Part shown: piece after piece, positions 49,641 to 63,604 of the stretch
Layout of the letters: every line of letters starts with the position of its first letter
Numbering within the stretch: the stretch's first letter is position 1
NCBI GenBank assembly: GCA_043228905.1
Contig: JBHGNT010000011.1
Span: 16,988,001 to 17,052,000, forward strand
Direction of reading: 5' to 3'
Length of the DNA: 64,000 nt
Source: Azolla caroliniana
Taxonomy: Eukaryota > Plantae > Polypodiophyta
Notes under the pieces: model-generated
Database searches by the model: none
What the model was told of the DNA's origin: nothing
What the model saw: only the letters and a program-made list of their open reading frames with translations
Translations under genes and position numbers: made by a program

Positions 49641-52600
49641 GAAGGCAATTAAACTGTATCCGGGGGGTTTCTTAATGCTGCTGAGGTTTAATGGGGACCT
49701 TCTTTTACCGACAGGAGAACGAAGGAGAAATACATACATACATACATACATACATTATACTGTTACATACATACATACATACATACGTATACTGTATACA
49801 TATGTATGTATACGTATTACAGTACATACACACGAGGGTTTGTGTTTCATTGATACGCTCATCTCTTCTTCTTCTTCTTCTTCTTGGATGGACCCTAGAG
49901 AGCGTTGTCGGCCGCTACTTTCTCGCTATCGTTATCTCGCCACATGATTCCATCCCGACATACCCAACGAGCTCACAATTTGTTTCTTATAGCAATCAGT
50001 CTGTAACATGGCTGTGAGTATATATCCCCGAAAAAACGTCTTCCATATTGGGATGTCGTGGCGATCAACTATCAGGCTCTTCGTTCGGCCTGTCCATGTT
50101 GTACCAAAGTAAAGAGCGGAACCGATTGACACTCCATAAATGCCTTGGATTTATGTTTGATGCGTCTTGCGTAACTATTATCCTAGGGTATAAGTATACA
50201 TCCAAATATGGCACACCCTAGTGGATCCTCCTTGTTGTTGTATCATTAGTTCTAAGAAAAACGAATGAACTTACTTCTTCATCAGCCTATTATTTAAGTT
50301 GAAATAGCATATGTAAGTATGCCATTTACGACCAAACCAAGAGCATTTTCAACTAGCAAATGGTTAGCTCACAACTTGTGGACAGTTGACCAACATGACC
50401 TTATAGCAAACAATGTAATTTGCACTCACTCAAATGCTTCTAAAACTAGCATGACGTTTTTTGGTTGAATTAGATATTCAACCAAGCAAAACACTATTAG
50501 AAATCCATATCATCCCCGACCATGAGTAAAGTAGGTGGACTCTCGGCAAGAAAATCACTTCGCAATAGTTTGAAGTGGATTTGAATGTGGTTTGGCTTCT
50601 TGACAAGCATAACATTGAGCTTGTTTGACACATCACAATTTGGCATGACTATTAGTGTGGCTATATTCTTGACTACAATGGTCTACTCAATCCTACTTGC
50701 TCAAATAAAGAAAGTTGGTCAAAATACTCAAGTACGATAAAAATAAGCATGGCTTTGATGGGGGGCACAATATGCACATCAACAAGTCCACAAGCTCACA
50801 TTTGTCCCTATAAGAGGATTTTCATGTTGTGATCGATTGATGAAATACAAATAGTTTGTTCTATATAAATCAAGCCCATCTCTTATATATAGGTCATCTT
50901 TGATTGATAGTTGATTTAGTCTTAGTATTATTTGTAGCTTTATTATTATATAATCATCCCTTGCTTTACTAATATATTACAATCATAATTAATGTTGTGC
51001 ATATTCTCTTTGTCCCTCTCAATGAAAAAACACAAATATATTGATGAATGCATGTGAAAAACACTACAATGATACCACAAGTGAGCAATATTACCGCTAC
51101 ATGGGTAGTGGGACATGTAAAGTCATCAATAGGCAAGACAAACACCCCACCAAGGAAATATCTTTGTATCTCTATCTCTATCTCACGAATATCACAAAAG
51201 TCAAGAATATGCCTTCTCATTGACTGCCCAAACAAGCTTGGAACATATGATGCAAGGCACAACAAATTTATGAAATGGTTTAAGAGATGGGGAATGAAAG
51301 ATCTATTGGAGCTCTCATGTGATGCTATGAAGTATCGAGTGATCATCAAGGATAGATTACTAGAAGCACGAAGGAGTAAGTTGCAAGATGCTAAAATGTC
51401 AAATTTGGAATATTGCACTGCAAATATTAACTCCCAATGTTATCACTAACTACGTGGGTGTCTCTTGGTGAAAATAAACAATTATATTAATAAATGCTAA
51501 AGTGTCTCCATCTCTTATATTTGTGAACCCGTGTAAATCGTGCAAACACCCATTGTTTATGTGTCAATAACACCGTGATAAATCTTGCTGAATTTGAGAA
51601 ATGTGACTCCAAATTTGACAAGCAATCAAAGATTGAGTACTATCTTCTATTTGAACAATGCAAAAGAAGCCATTGCCCGTTGCTAGTCCACATCACTTTA
51701 GAGCTAATCCTAAAGGTTAATCAAAACCCTCCAAATTAAGACCTTTGCAACAAGTGGCAATTTAGAATGCCAACTACATTTTAAGATTTGCCACCATCCA
51801 TTATCAGAGTTATGTATTTTCACTCCATACATATCTTCTTAATTTACTCTCACTCTCTCCCTCTCTCAAATAATGATTTTCATTACGAAAGAAAAAAGCG
51901 GCACCATGACTAACTTACAACAATGTATGGAACTCTTATAGGGATCTAAACACTATTGCTACAACTACAACTACAACTACTACTACCACCACCACCACCA
52001 CTACTAAGTGAATTCCACCGTATACACCACATATGATGACATGTCACTTTGCAAAGTTAGTTCTCTTCATGGACATATATAATTTACCTCTCTCACCACA
52101 CACACACACACACATAAACAAACAAACAAACAAACAAACACATAATGCACAAGCATAGCATACTTATCTCCATTGCGTAAAAATGCTTTGATCGTTGATC
52201 GAGCGACACATTTACAAAGTGTACATACATACATACATAATGCCGCAAGTATGTATGTATGTATGTATAAATTTCAAGGAGAAGACCAAGGAACGAATGA
52301 ATACTTTTGCACACACACACACACACCACACACACGTACTGTAGATGTCTCTTCCAAAAAACGACAACTTCACATTTTTCTTCGCAATATCTGCCAAAAA
52401 AAAAAAATCCCATCATCGCTGACACAATTTTCTGTTTTGTTTTTAATTTTTGTTTTATTTTTTTATACCCCGAATCCGGGGAAAAGTAAAGAAAATAAAA
52501 CAAACAATACATTATGTATACAACCCTCCATTATCCGAATAGAGCTCGTATTTGTTTTTACATATTTGTTTCTTTCTGTTAAATCATCGCTACAAATGCT

Positions 52601-53224
52601 CTGGTTTCGCTTAATTACTCTGAAAAGCGCACCATAAAAACCCTCCGGGGGGGGGGGGGGGGGGGGAATGAGTTAACCATCGCCCACAATCTCTATTTCC
52701 ATTGATTGATCCCAATGGTCATTGTCCATTAATCCTTGATAATGACCTCGATTTAAGTCGTCGCCCCCCAAATCCTCTGTTTCTGCTTGATTACTCCAAA
52801 CGCATCATTAACCTTCTCTCATAGCCCAGTTAATCATTTCCCACTGTCTCTGGTTGTGCTTAATTACTCTAAAATAATATTGTCATTTGAATCGATCGCC
52901 CATATATCTCTATTTCCGATTAATCTACACTGCAAAAAACATCATAGAAACCTTCAATAAAAGGGCTCCACTAATCATCACCTAAAGATCTCTCCTTGCG
53001 CTTCAGTAACCCTAAAAACATCCTTTGCCACCGATTTAGGGGTCCAAAAATATCCTTTTTAAATTCTTATTTTTTTTGTATCGCGATTTCAATCCAGTTT
53101 AATAAAAGATCAGGAGGTCTGTTTATATATCTCTCGCTAGATTGGGCAGAAAGACGATAAATAAAATAAAAACCAAAACTAGAAACATTTTGCTGGGTGA
53201 AGCAAATCATCGACCAAAAAACTG

Positions 53225-56200
53225 ATGGCATCAACGTCAAATTATTATCAGTGTACTCCAGAGTACATGATTAAAAAGAGCAATGGAATGAAGGTAGGGT
53301 ACAGTGTGGATGATGGATTGATAGATGGCCTCCGATCCGATCTTGACCCTCGCCTGCCCCTCCTCCAAGACGTCCATCTCCGCGACAAAGTCGTGCTTAT
53401 CCGTGTGGATCATAACGTGGTTAAACAAGGTTTTAATTCTTAATCCCTCCCCTCTTTACCTCCATTGTTTCTGTAATTCCTTTGGCTCAAATGGCATGCC
53501 CTCTGATTCATCCAATTCGTCGGAAATGCAGGAAAAATTCTGGACCAATATCGGATCGATGTCACATTGGCAACATTGTATAACATCGTCGAACGTGGTG
53601 GCAGGTGAAATAATAATAATATTCCTGATCAATTGGCTCCGATTGAAGCTATCCATTGATCAACCTTAAAATTCCGGCAATGGATTAACTGCTAATCCAA
53701 CCTGAAATTTTTGCATCTCAAATGAGGCTATTAAAAAAAATTCAAACTAATCACAAGCTAATTGTATAATAATAACCCAAACTAACATGCATGTACTGAC
53801 CATGATGTGGTTGATCTCCATGACTAGGCCTATCATCATGACCCACATTGGGAGGCCTTATGACAAGAAGACCGGGAGGATCACGATAAAAGACGATGAT
53901 TCGGTGGACGCAGTTGTAGCGTATTTGCAACATAAGCTGAGGATCAAGTTCGTGGTGCCACAATTCCATGTGGGTGGGCCTGGCCAAGGTATCCATGACA
54001 TTGACACCTCCATCAACTGGCTTATTCAAGACCTCCGGAGCCGCAAGATCGGCGGCATCTACCTCCCCAACACTCGATGGTTCGAGGTATATACATACAT
54101 ATTGACCCACTATTTACCATGAATACCCATTACTCTAGAATTACAATTTTTTTTGTTTTCTGCTAATATTGTCCTACAAATCATCAAACCTGCAACATTT
54201 TTATGTATGGTTTCTTTGCATTCCTGAGGCTGGGATTGTCCATTGCTGCATTTTTTTGTTTCGTCGTGAATTTAAACAGAAAGCGATTTGTTTTGTCCTA
54301 ACGTTCACTAGGATTGTCGAATGCCACATTTTGTTTCGAATCGGACGGAATAATGCCGCTTGTTCAAAAACTTCGCTAGGATCATCGGCCAATGTCTTGT
54401 TTGTATTGATGGAACAATATATCTTACAAGAGAATGGCGTAAAGTTCATTAATCGGATCATCGATACTACACCTGATTTCTTGCATGAACACAAAGCATT
54501 GGATGTAATATTGAGCATAATAATACTATAGGCACTATCATTATAATAATGTCTTCAAAGTTAAAATGGTTTTTTTTTCTATACTAGGGGGAGGAAGACA
54601 AAGGACAAAAAATGCAAAGGCTCGTGGTTCAGCTAGCTGGTTTGGCCGATGTGTATGTGAATGATGCATTTGGGTCATGGCAGTCACATGCTTCCACATA
54701 CCATATTGCAAAGTTGTTGCCATCCTATGCAGGATTGTGCATGCAAGTATGTTAGTAGGGACTCATATTGTGACTTATGTAAATTTTGGGTAAAGCTTGA
54801 TATTTTGACATGGTGACAAAATAATGGGGTACCTATCCCATGTATTCTCTTCATGGGGAGTCCCTTGTCCAAATCAAACTGCCATGTTATTGGTCTTTAC
54901 TCTTGAAGCAACTTCAAGGTGTTGTATAATAAAACTTCATTTTTTTTCCAGGATGAGCTTTGCCATGTTAAGTTAGTGTTGAACCCAACTAGACCTTTCG
55001 TTGCCGTGGTTGCTGGCTCAAAATATGACACAAAGATTGGGCCTTTGACTGAAATTTACAAGAAAGTTGATAAACTTATATTGGGCGGTGTGATCTATAA
55101 CACTTATCTTTGTGCTAAGTATGGAATAAAGATCAAAGGGGTCGAGGTATTGTATATATATTGATGTGTAGTTTTAATATTAAAGTTTCTTGAAATTTTC
55201 ATCAAATTCTCTGAGTTCACTTCAATATTTGCACGTTACTAATTTTGGTTGAATGTGTTTTAGCAATCCGAAATAGACCTTGCAAGAGGATTAGTGGAAC
55301 AAGATGCAATTGACAAGAAGATAATAGAACCACCATTTCTCGTAGAATCTGACACTTTGGTTGGGCGTAAGGAGGGCCAATTTAGGGTGATTGTCGCAAA
55401 GGTACATTTAAGATCATTTTCATTCTTATATGAAATAAATGCTTGTTTTTTTTATATCATTGTCCACTCACTAAGTTAATTATGTTTTGAATACCCAAAC
55501 TCTATTAGCTTATAGGATAAGAACCCAAGGCACTAACTATAGAGTATTAATTAATGATATGATATGGAAATTGTAAATTTTCCCTTGACTTTAGGACTTT
55601 GCCCAAGGAAAGGAATATAACTACGTGGTCGATGTGGATCCCAAATCTTTTGAAGTTGATCCTTGTAAGGAGGCATTAGCTTCAGCCAAGACCATATTTG
55701 TAAATGCTGTTATGGGTCTCATGCCCCATTTTTGGCATGGAACAAGTAAGATGGATGAAGTTATCGATCAAAATGTATTAGCTCAAAAGTTTTTTGGAGG
55801 TGGAGACACTCTTCAAGAATTTAAGAGGTATACCATAATCTCTCTCTCTCTCTCAAGACGTTAGTATATCTTTCTTTCTTTCTCTCTGATGTGGTATTTA
55901 CAAGTCTTGTATGTACGTATACGTTATTCATCAAACAATATTGTTTCCTTATTATTCATTGAACTTAACTCCTAACGCTTTGTTATAGTTGTTTTTGTTG
56001 TTAGCTTTAGCACATTTTTTCAATAAACTTTCTATGTATGAAATTGCAATGCAATAGTCTCTGGATGATTTAGATGCAAGCATAAGTTCTTGTTTGCATG
56101 CATACATAATCTTGATTTCTATGATTGCGATTTTAAATTTGAGTTAGACTTTAATGTAATTTGATTTGGATGTTTGCACACAGTTTACATCCAAAGCTCT

Positions 56201-56346
56201 ATCATGAAGCCTTGCATAGCTCCAAGTACTATTTATTCACTGGTGGCGGCACTGTGTTGAAAGTGATTGAGGAAGGTGATCCATACGGCTTGGAGACAGT
56301 GAATGCTCTCATCCAAAACAATTTATCCTTTGAACAATCCCATTAG
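53225..56346 (+). CDS. PGK: Phosphoglycerate kinase, atypical sequence type, 8 exons
   Basis: Exons: 53225-53429, 53532-53604, 53828-54086, 54588-54746, 54952-55146, 55264-55401, 55595-55827, 56184-56346. All introns are GT-AG and frame-consistent. Motifs: [49 protein letters not shown]. Confidence 0.92.
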
Positions 56347-59300
56347 AAGATTGAAGTTCCAATGTATGCAGGTTCCATGGATTAGGAAATAAGATAAGTG
56401 TGTAAAAAGAATGTATCTTCCCATTCTTGCCAAATATATGATAAATGGGATTTCACCATGCCAAATAAGTGTATTCATGTCTTGATTCATGACTTGAATG
56501 GAATATGTTGTTACTACACATCCACCTTGTAACCAAGCTAGTGTAGTTATGCATTTGATGCATCACTCAATGGCATATGTTGTTACTATACGTATCCACC
56601 ATTTTACAAAGAGAGTCCATATAATAAATATCATCTCCATATATTCATTGGTAACTAGCATATGACCTTAAATTATTTCATGTTGTTTTGGAACGTTACC
56701 GAGGTATGAAATGTGCTTTGTGTGCAATGAGCAGCATGATTGGTTGTTTGTGCATTTTTGGAACTAGACAAAATGAAGAAGCAAAAACATACATTTATAG
56801 AGGAAAGAAAAGGCAAAAAAACAAACATGAACGAACTAATTTATCTAGGAGTATTTAAGTACTCTCTCTCTCTCTCTCCCTCTCTCCCTCTCTCCCTCTC
56901 TCTCTACTTACTCTCTCTCTCTCTCTCTCACACACACACGTGTGTGTGCATGTGTGATGCACATGAACTAAATATAGTAGCTAAGTGCACTTCGTTGCAT
57001 GAGAGAAATGTTGAAATGTAGTACCTATATTTGCTACCTCTTATCCATACTATATTACCATTTAGCAAATTATAGGACGGAACACTATTACTCTTCAAGT
57101 ATTTTTTAGAAACTCCTTCACGTAAATTATATTACTGCTTTCTCAAGAATTTTCTAGCTCCTTTACTAGATAATCAACTTGTATTGTAATGCTCTAGGAA
57201 TATTGGCGAAGATGAACATTATTAGGGGTATAGTCTAGTATCCCAAGCACAGACTTGTTATGATAAGATGCATAAGAACTTGAGCTACAACATTTGCAAA
57301 ACTATCAGGACAAGGGTGACGCGTTCTAAAATGTTAGTTTCCTAATGTTTTGATGGTCATATTCGTAAATTCTCATGCATGAAAAATTTCTTCAACAATA
57401 AACACAAACGCTTAATATGATCCCGTCTATCTATTTCATTGATGTCTAATTAGTTGAGTGAATAAATCAAAACCAATGTTTTCCATTTGAATCCCAATAG
57501 GCATGCCTAGAAAGATGTCCCCCTGAAGTGTTCGTCTTGTTCATCAAACTCATGAGAAAGGACTAGTACTAAAATTTGAGAGTTGTTGAAGTTTTTTTTT
57601 CTAAACAACATATCCTTCCATTAGTTTTAAAATGGCCTATCAGCTACAAAATACAAAAAAGATGGAAAGGACGTGACTATCCTTCCGAAGCCCGTCTTAT
57701 GTATGACAATTCTCAAGGTTCCAAAAATCCAATGTGTTGGAGTAGGGAGCATGTACGTACAACGGGTTCAAGAAGTTAAATAATTCTCTCGCCAAGGCAT
57801 CTCTTACAAGTATGTTGGGCTCAAATTCAACTCTTGGCTTTATATAGCTCGTGTCCCCCTAATAATTGGTCGGTTTGTCACTATCCAATAATATTACATT
57901 AGTTTGGAAACATATGTTTGACCTTGTTTTGTCACTATGTTATTGTTTAAGTTAAATAAAATTGTCTTCTTGTGATAATATCGAATGAATCTTGACTATG
58001 GCTAATGACAACTTATTTATGTGGTAATGATAGTTTGACTTAGCATTTCCTCCTCATCCAGCAACTAAATATCCCGATTCCCAACTTAAGTGGTGAATGT
58101 TTCTTCTCCAATTTATTTTTCTTAAGTACACATGTAGGTTATGGTATCATTGATTGTAGTGTTTGCCGTTTCATGATGTTATGTCCTCATTTCTCATGTA
58201 TTCCTAATCACATGATCCAACAAGTTGAAGATGTGTGCATTCGAGTATGATTACCACGTGGAAGATAAGCATTAGCTACAAACAAAAAGCACTTTCATGG
58301 GTTGCAATTTCCCCCTGTTCATATCTAGCCAATACGATTCCATGTAACCCTACATCAAAAATTTGATAAACTTGGAAAGGATGAGGAATCGTGTCCCATT
58401 ATGCATGTTATTACATATGAAAAGAAACTATGTTGATATTGATGGCATCATGACTCACATTATGTAACACAATTTTTGTTTGATATCAAGCAATGATCAA
58501 GACAAACATTGGACTTGCCCCCTAACTAAATATTGGTCTCACTATTGAGTTAATAGCCAACATTATATGTTTTAACAACTCTTTGGACAATGGTCGTGCC
58601 CCATACTACCATGTAGTAAGAACACCCCACATGTACATACATAGAGTGCTTCTATTAGTCGTCTGACAAACTTCTACCATGAACCTACTGCCTATAATTA
58701 TAAAGGGATCAAGGATCAAACTACCATGTAATTTAATCAGTGTTGAGAAATATAAGGACAATCAAAGTTGAGAACGCAATTGTGTGTAAACAAGTAGATA
58801 AAGCATAACATAGGACTCAGTACAACATGAGAGAATGATGCAGAAACAATATCGTCATCTACCCTTTATCTCCTTTACATAAGAGGACTCGAAGAAGACA
58901 AAGAAAATGGATCAAATAATTTATGATTAATCAATTTAGCATTGGGTCATTCTTCACTTTTAATTGGAGTAGAGCACTTAGATATTCCCTTGCAATTACG
59001 AGAGTTATGCTCCTAAGTATATGTTGTTAGCCTTGACTAGTCTTCTCATGCCATGTTGTACTTATCTATTAATCGAAGAGGTTTCATTCTAATCATTGTT
59101 GTCATTGAATCATGATTCTTTATGTGGACAATGACATCATTGACTATGACAAGAACAACAACCAATGGTTGACAAAGAAGAAAAGGTGGTCACTCAACAA
59201 CTTATACGGGGGACGAGCCTTATTACTATGGCACCTTATCATCATACCTCCAACTACGTGTGTTTCACATAGAATCTTGATCTACAATTATGAGGTTTTC

Positions 59301-61252
59301 ACATTAAGTAAGGTGCTACTATATGTGTCAACCCACATTGCCACAGATATAGCTCACATGCAATGTGAACTTTGTGTCTATATTCATGAGCTTCGAGTGT
59401 TGAATTCATCTTGCCCATGCGTGTAGATCTTTATTTGATGACATATATTGTCTTTACTATTAGTTAGTTGCACGATAAGTTGTTTGTTCCAACCCATTAA
59501 TTTTTGCCTCTATTAATCCAACAATACAATACTATCTAACCTCATATTGTGCCATGTCCACATGTGGGCAATAATATATTTTCTCTTTTTATTGTATTTT
59601 GGTGCCAATAACACCATATTATGTGGTGGACATAGAATAATGATATGTCATTGTTGATGATGTTAAATAAATATTTGAGAGAGAAGGGGAAGAGAAACAC
59701 AGAGGGAGGGAGGAGATCGAGTATCCTTATTTGTTTGGAGGTTATTCCATTGAATACATCAATGCCATGTATCACAATGCATTATTATTTTTGGGCTACT
59801 CCTTTAGGCTTTACATATCACACAACTTATTCTCTACATACTACATAGGTTATGCAAATGGGAGGACACCACAAGTACTGTTAAAACGTTTCAATTTTTT
59901 TTTTCTCCATAAAACATATGCTCCCTTGGTATTAATAAAAGGCCAGAGGCAATATACAAATAGTATATAATATTGTTTCATCTCCACAAGTATATATTAT
60001 GAAAGACAAGACCAAATATAACCTTTGCTACAGCAAGATAGGAGACCACATATAAAGGTGAAAACGTTTCAATTTTTCATAGATAGTCATCAACACAATA
60101 TCATTAACTAGTCAATACGAATAAAATATGCAACAATGAATGGAGATGGCGGCCTGTTGGAAATGTTTGAAGTCAATTGTGTGTTAAGATTCAAATCTCA
60201 AAGCAGTGCATACACAGATCCATTGAAGGATTATGAGCTCAAAAGCATATGCTAGAATCTATAACTTAAGATGTGTTGTGACCACAAACTTCACCACACA
60301 TAAATCTTCCCTAAATGCTTTATAATCCGATGAAAATATAAAGTCATTCTTTCTTATTTTTGTAATAAATGGGAACAAGAAGTGTTGAAACCCTCTAATA
60401 TCTTTACGAATAAAGAGTCTCTCAAGTCTCAACCTCAACTCTTTATTGTCTTCTCTTCTTTCGTTGATATATGTCAAATTCTATATTGTTGTCTTTTTCT
60501 TCTTGTAGATGTAAATGGTCGTTAATCGAGATGATGTTTTTCTAGTTCTAGACTATTCTTATTTATTTTCCGTTTTCTCAACGATGTGCTAGGTATAGGT
60601 AGCATGAGTATCGCATTGGGATGCCCCACCTTTAAGCTATTTAACATGGCAATGGCCATATCATTGAATGATGACATGTACCAAATTTGTTAGGCTATAC
60701 GCTCATGTGAAAAACATCTATTAAATTTCCACATAATCTGCAATCTAGAACTCACGAGAAACAATGGACCAATCTTGTTTCCAGGCAGAAACCTTACATA
60801 TACTATGCACAAACAATGAAAACATTGGTATATTGATGACATCAAAGCTAACAAGTCATTAGGCATTGCGACGTGCTCACAAATCTCATCAAAACTACCC
60901 CGCGATTTTGATCAATCAACATTTGTGTATTAGACTCATTGACCAGAAAAACACTCGTGATTTGGGTGTCTTGACTAAAAAAAAGGTTTGCGCCTTTTCA
61001 ATGTATGTTGGACATCGCCTTGATGCATGATCGTAATGGAATTGAGCGCACAAATAGACACATATTATAGGCTATATACGTGCACACATGGACGGACGAC
61101 AATGTTGCTCATGAGTTTCGCGTACACGATAGGAGAGTAAAAGAAGCATTAATGAAGTAAAAAAGTATAGCAATGGTAAAGTATTGAATCTTGATACAAC
61201 TAAAATATGATACAACTACTACTCTGTTTGTTTTAACTCAGGCAATAGTTAT

Positions 61253-61449
61253 GGGTTAGAGAGAGGATGCTTATGAAGGGGTTAGAGAGAGGATGCTTCT
61301 GAAGGGGGGCTAGAGAGAGGATACTTATGAGGGGGTTAGAGAGAGGATGCCACCATCGAATTTTATGGAAACATGAGGGTTTCGAAGCTGAAGAAGCCAT
61401 CGATCGAGTTTTATGAGAACATGAGGGTTTCAAAGCAGAAGATGCCATC
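61253..61449. repeat. 48 bp duplication of the small gene's C-terminal codons, followed by ~30 bp tandem repeats
   Basis: 61411-61449 is repeated at 61363-61401. GGG(T/C)TAGAGAGAGGAT(G/A)C occurs four times at ~61253-61350. Confidence 0.85.
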
Positions 61450-61698
61450 AAATTGAGGAGCCAGAATCACCGTTGGTTTGGGACGCCCTTGATTCTTGGT
61501 GCTATCTGGAAGTCTAGAGCTCGGCAAGGCCTTGTGTTTAGGGTTATCGCTGCGAGCAGAAGTTGGAGGAGGAGGAGATGATGATGATGGAGAAACAGAA
61601 GCAGAAGCAGAAGATGGTGATGATGATGATGATGAAAAAAGTGTCTTGCCTTGTATGATCTCCATGGTGGATGTGGCGAAGGCCCCAAAGCTTGCCAT
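61411..61698 (-). CDS. Small Ser-rich protein of unknown function with a C-terminal APxFDGxxCFET motif (95 aa)
   Basis: ATG at 61698, a low-complexity body and the C-terminus LAPQFDGIFCFETLMFS, which resembles a motif conserved in uncharacterised land-plant proteins. A TATA-like ATATAAATA lies upstream on the minus strand near 61983-61991. Confidence 0.72.
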   Translation of the reverse strand: MASFGAFATSTMEIIQGKTLFSSSSSSPSSASASVSPSSSSPPPPTSARSDNPKHKALPSSRLPDSTKNQGRPKPTVILAPQFDGIFCFETLMFS

Positions 61699-63604
61699 CA
61701 CTGTGTGGGTAAAGAAGTGTTATGTATGTGAATGTTTATGCTGGATGTAATCTTGATTTGTGTTTAGAAGCTGGAATTTGTCGATGCAACAACTGAAGGT
61801 TCTTTTTCTCGATGTTTGTTGTGGTTTGTCCTGAGAGCCGAGAGACAACAACAACAACAACAACAACAGGGGGATGATGAATTCTGAGGAAGCTTGAAGG
61901 TGAAGATGAAGAAGAAGATGAAGAAGAAGATGCAGAAGATGATGATGATGATGATGGAGAAAGAGGTCAAGGGTGCCTGTGCTATTTATATGGATGCCTT
62001 CTTGCGTTTTTCGTGGGGGTCAGACTCTGGCTTGATCTGTTGCTTTTTTGCGTTTTTGCTCTTTTTTTTTGCGTTTTGGGCCACCGCCACATCCTACAGC
62101 GTTTTCTTCTTCTTCTTCTTCTTTTCCGAGTCTCTTTGACCTATTCACCCCCCCAAATCCTTATCCATTCCCTTTTGACGTGTCTTTTTTACTCACTTTC
62201 TCCCTCCCCACTTCCTTGGCCCTTTGACCCACCCATTTGACCTATTCCCATCCATCCCTTTATTGACCTTGACCTTTAGTTTTTCTCTTGCTTCGTCATT
62301 CTTGAATCGTTGCTTGCCACAAGACATCCTCAGTTTGACCCAGGTTTCTTGCGTCCATATTCTTCAAGCCATTTGTTGTTTCTCTCTGTGCAATTAGTTT
62401 GGATTTGACATGCCCGTGCACCATAGCCAAAATGGATTCTATGTTCATCACCCAAGTTTCGTTTCCATGGGTTAATTGATTGCTGAGATTCGTAATTATC
62501 AACTCTAGTGATGTATGAAGGAAATAATCACCACTAACTCATGGGGTTTGACAAAATTGAATTTCATACGTCGATGACTCTAGAATGTTATATGTTGTTT
62601 TACATCACATCGTCTTATAATGTAGTAATTCTTAATATATAATCACACTTATTCAACATAAATTATAGGGGAAATGCATAGCTTGTAATTCATACACCAT
62701 TTCTCTATGAGTCAAAAATTTACTTTAAAAATGAAAAATTAAACTCAAGACTTTGTGGGAAAGATGTAAAATACATATTGTGATTTCTCAATTATGTTTT
62801 ATGAGGATGCAAAATCATTCCAAACAATAGTACTGTGAGGACCTAGGTAGTGAGGCTCTATGTCAAATATGATGCGATCATGCTCATGTGCGTGTGGACA
62901 GGTGTCAATGTACAATCCATGGAAGCCTACATGTGTTTGGTGTGTTGCCATCTAATGAGTTGCCATCTTTAGGCACCCAACATGGGGATATGTTATGTAT
63001 TAGGTTGTTGGGAGATTGAAACTCGACATATCCTTCTTGTTTTTTTCGCTTTCCTCTTCATCTTCAAAGTCTAATATTGTGAATGGGAATATACATTAGA
63101 TTGTTATTGTGATTATAATTTGTGAACATGAATGATTAGGATGTGGCATTTTTGGATTTCTTACAAAGTATCGTTCACATTCATTTGATGTGGTACGCTA
63201 CTATGAATCTAAGACATTATTAACTTCTTTACACTTGTCTAATTGGTTATTAATCTGAGTATGTGTGATTATAAGGGATGTGCAAAAACTTATCTCGTGA
63301 ATTACAAGGAATCATGGTCGAACAATAAAGAAAACTATACTAGTGCTCCAAAATTAAATGGTCATTGTTCTCTATGAGCTTCAATGGAATTATTAATAAA
63401 AATTCAATAACTATTTATGAATGATATTGTAACAATGAAATAGTCGTTATGTTAATCACTTCCTCTTGAAAGATGTTAAATAGACACGAGGGACAAAATC
63501 AATGTCACACAACACAAAATCACTAGTAAGAGAGGGCAACATTAAATTATAAAATGTTAAAGGTAACCATTATATTGTTCATATATATATATATACAATT
63601 GACA

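Noticed and set aside
51048-51449. 133 aa ORF, possibly a decayed LINE C-terminus
   Set aside because: No diagnostic motif; it cannot be supported without a homology search.
52093-52637. Overlapping ORFs upstream of PGK
   Set aside because: Derived from (CA)n and (TACA)n microsatellites and A/T tracts.
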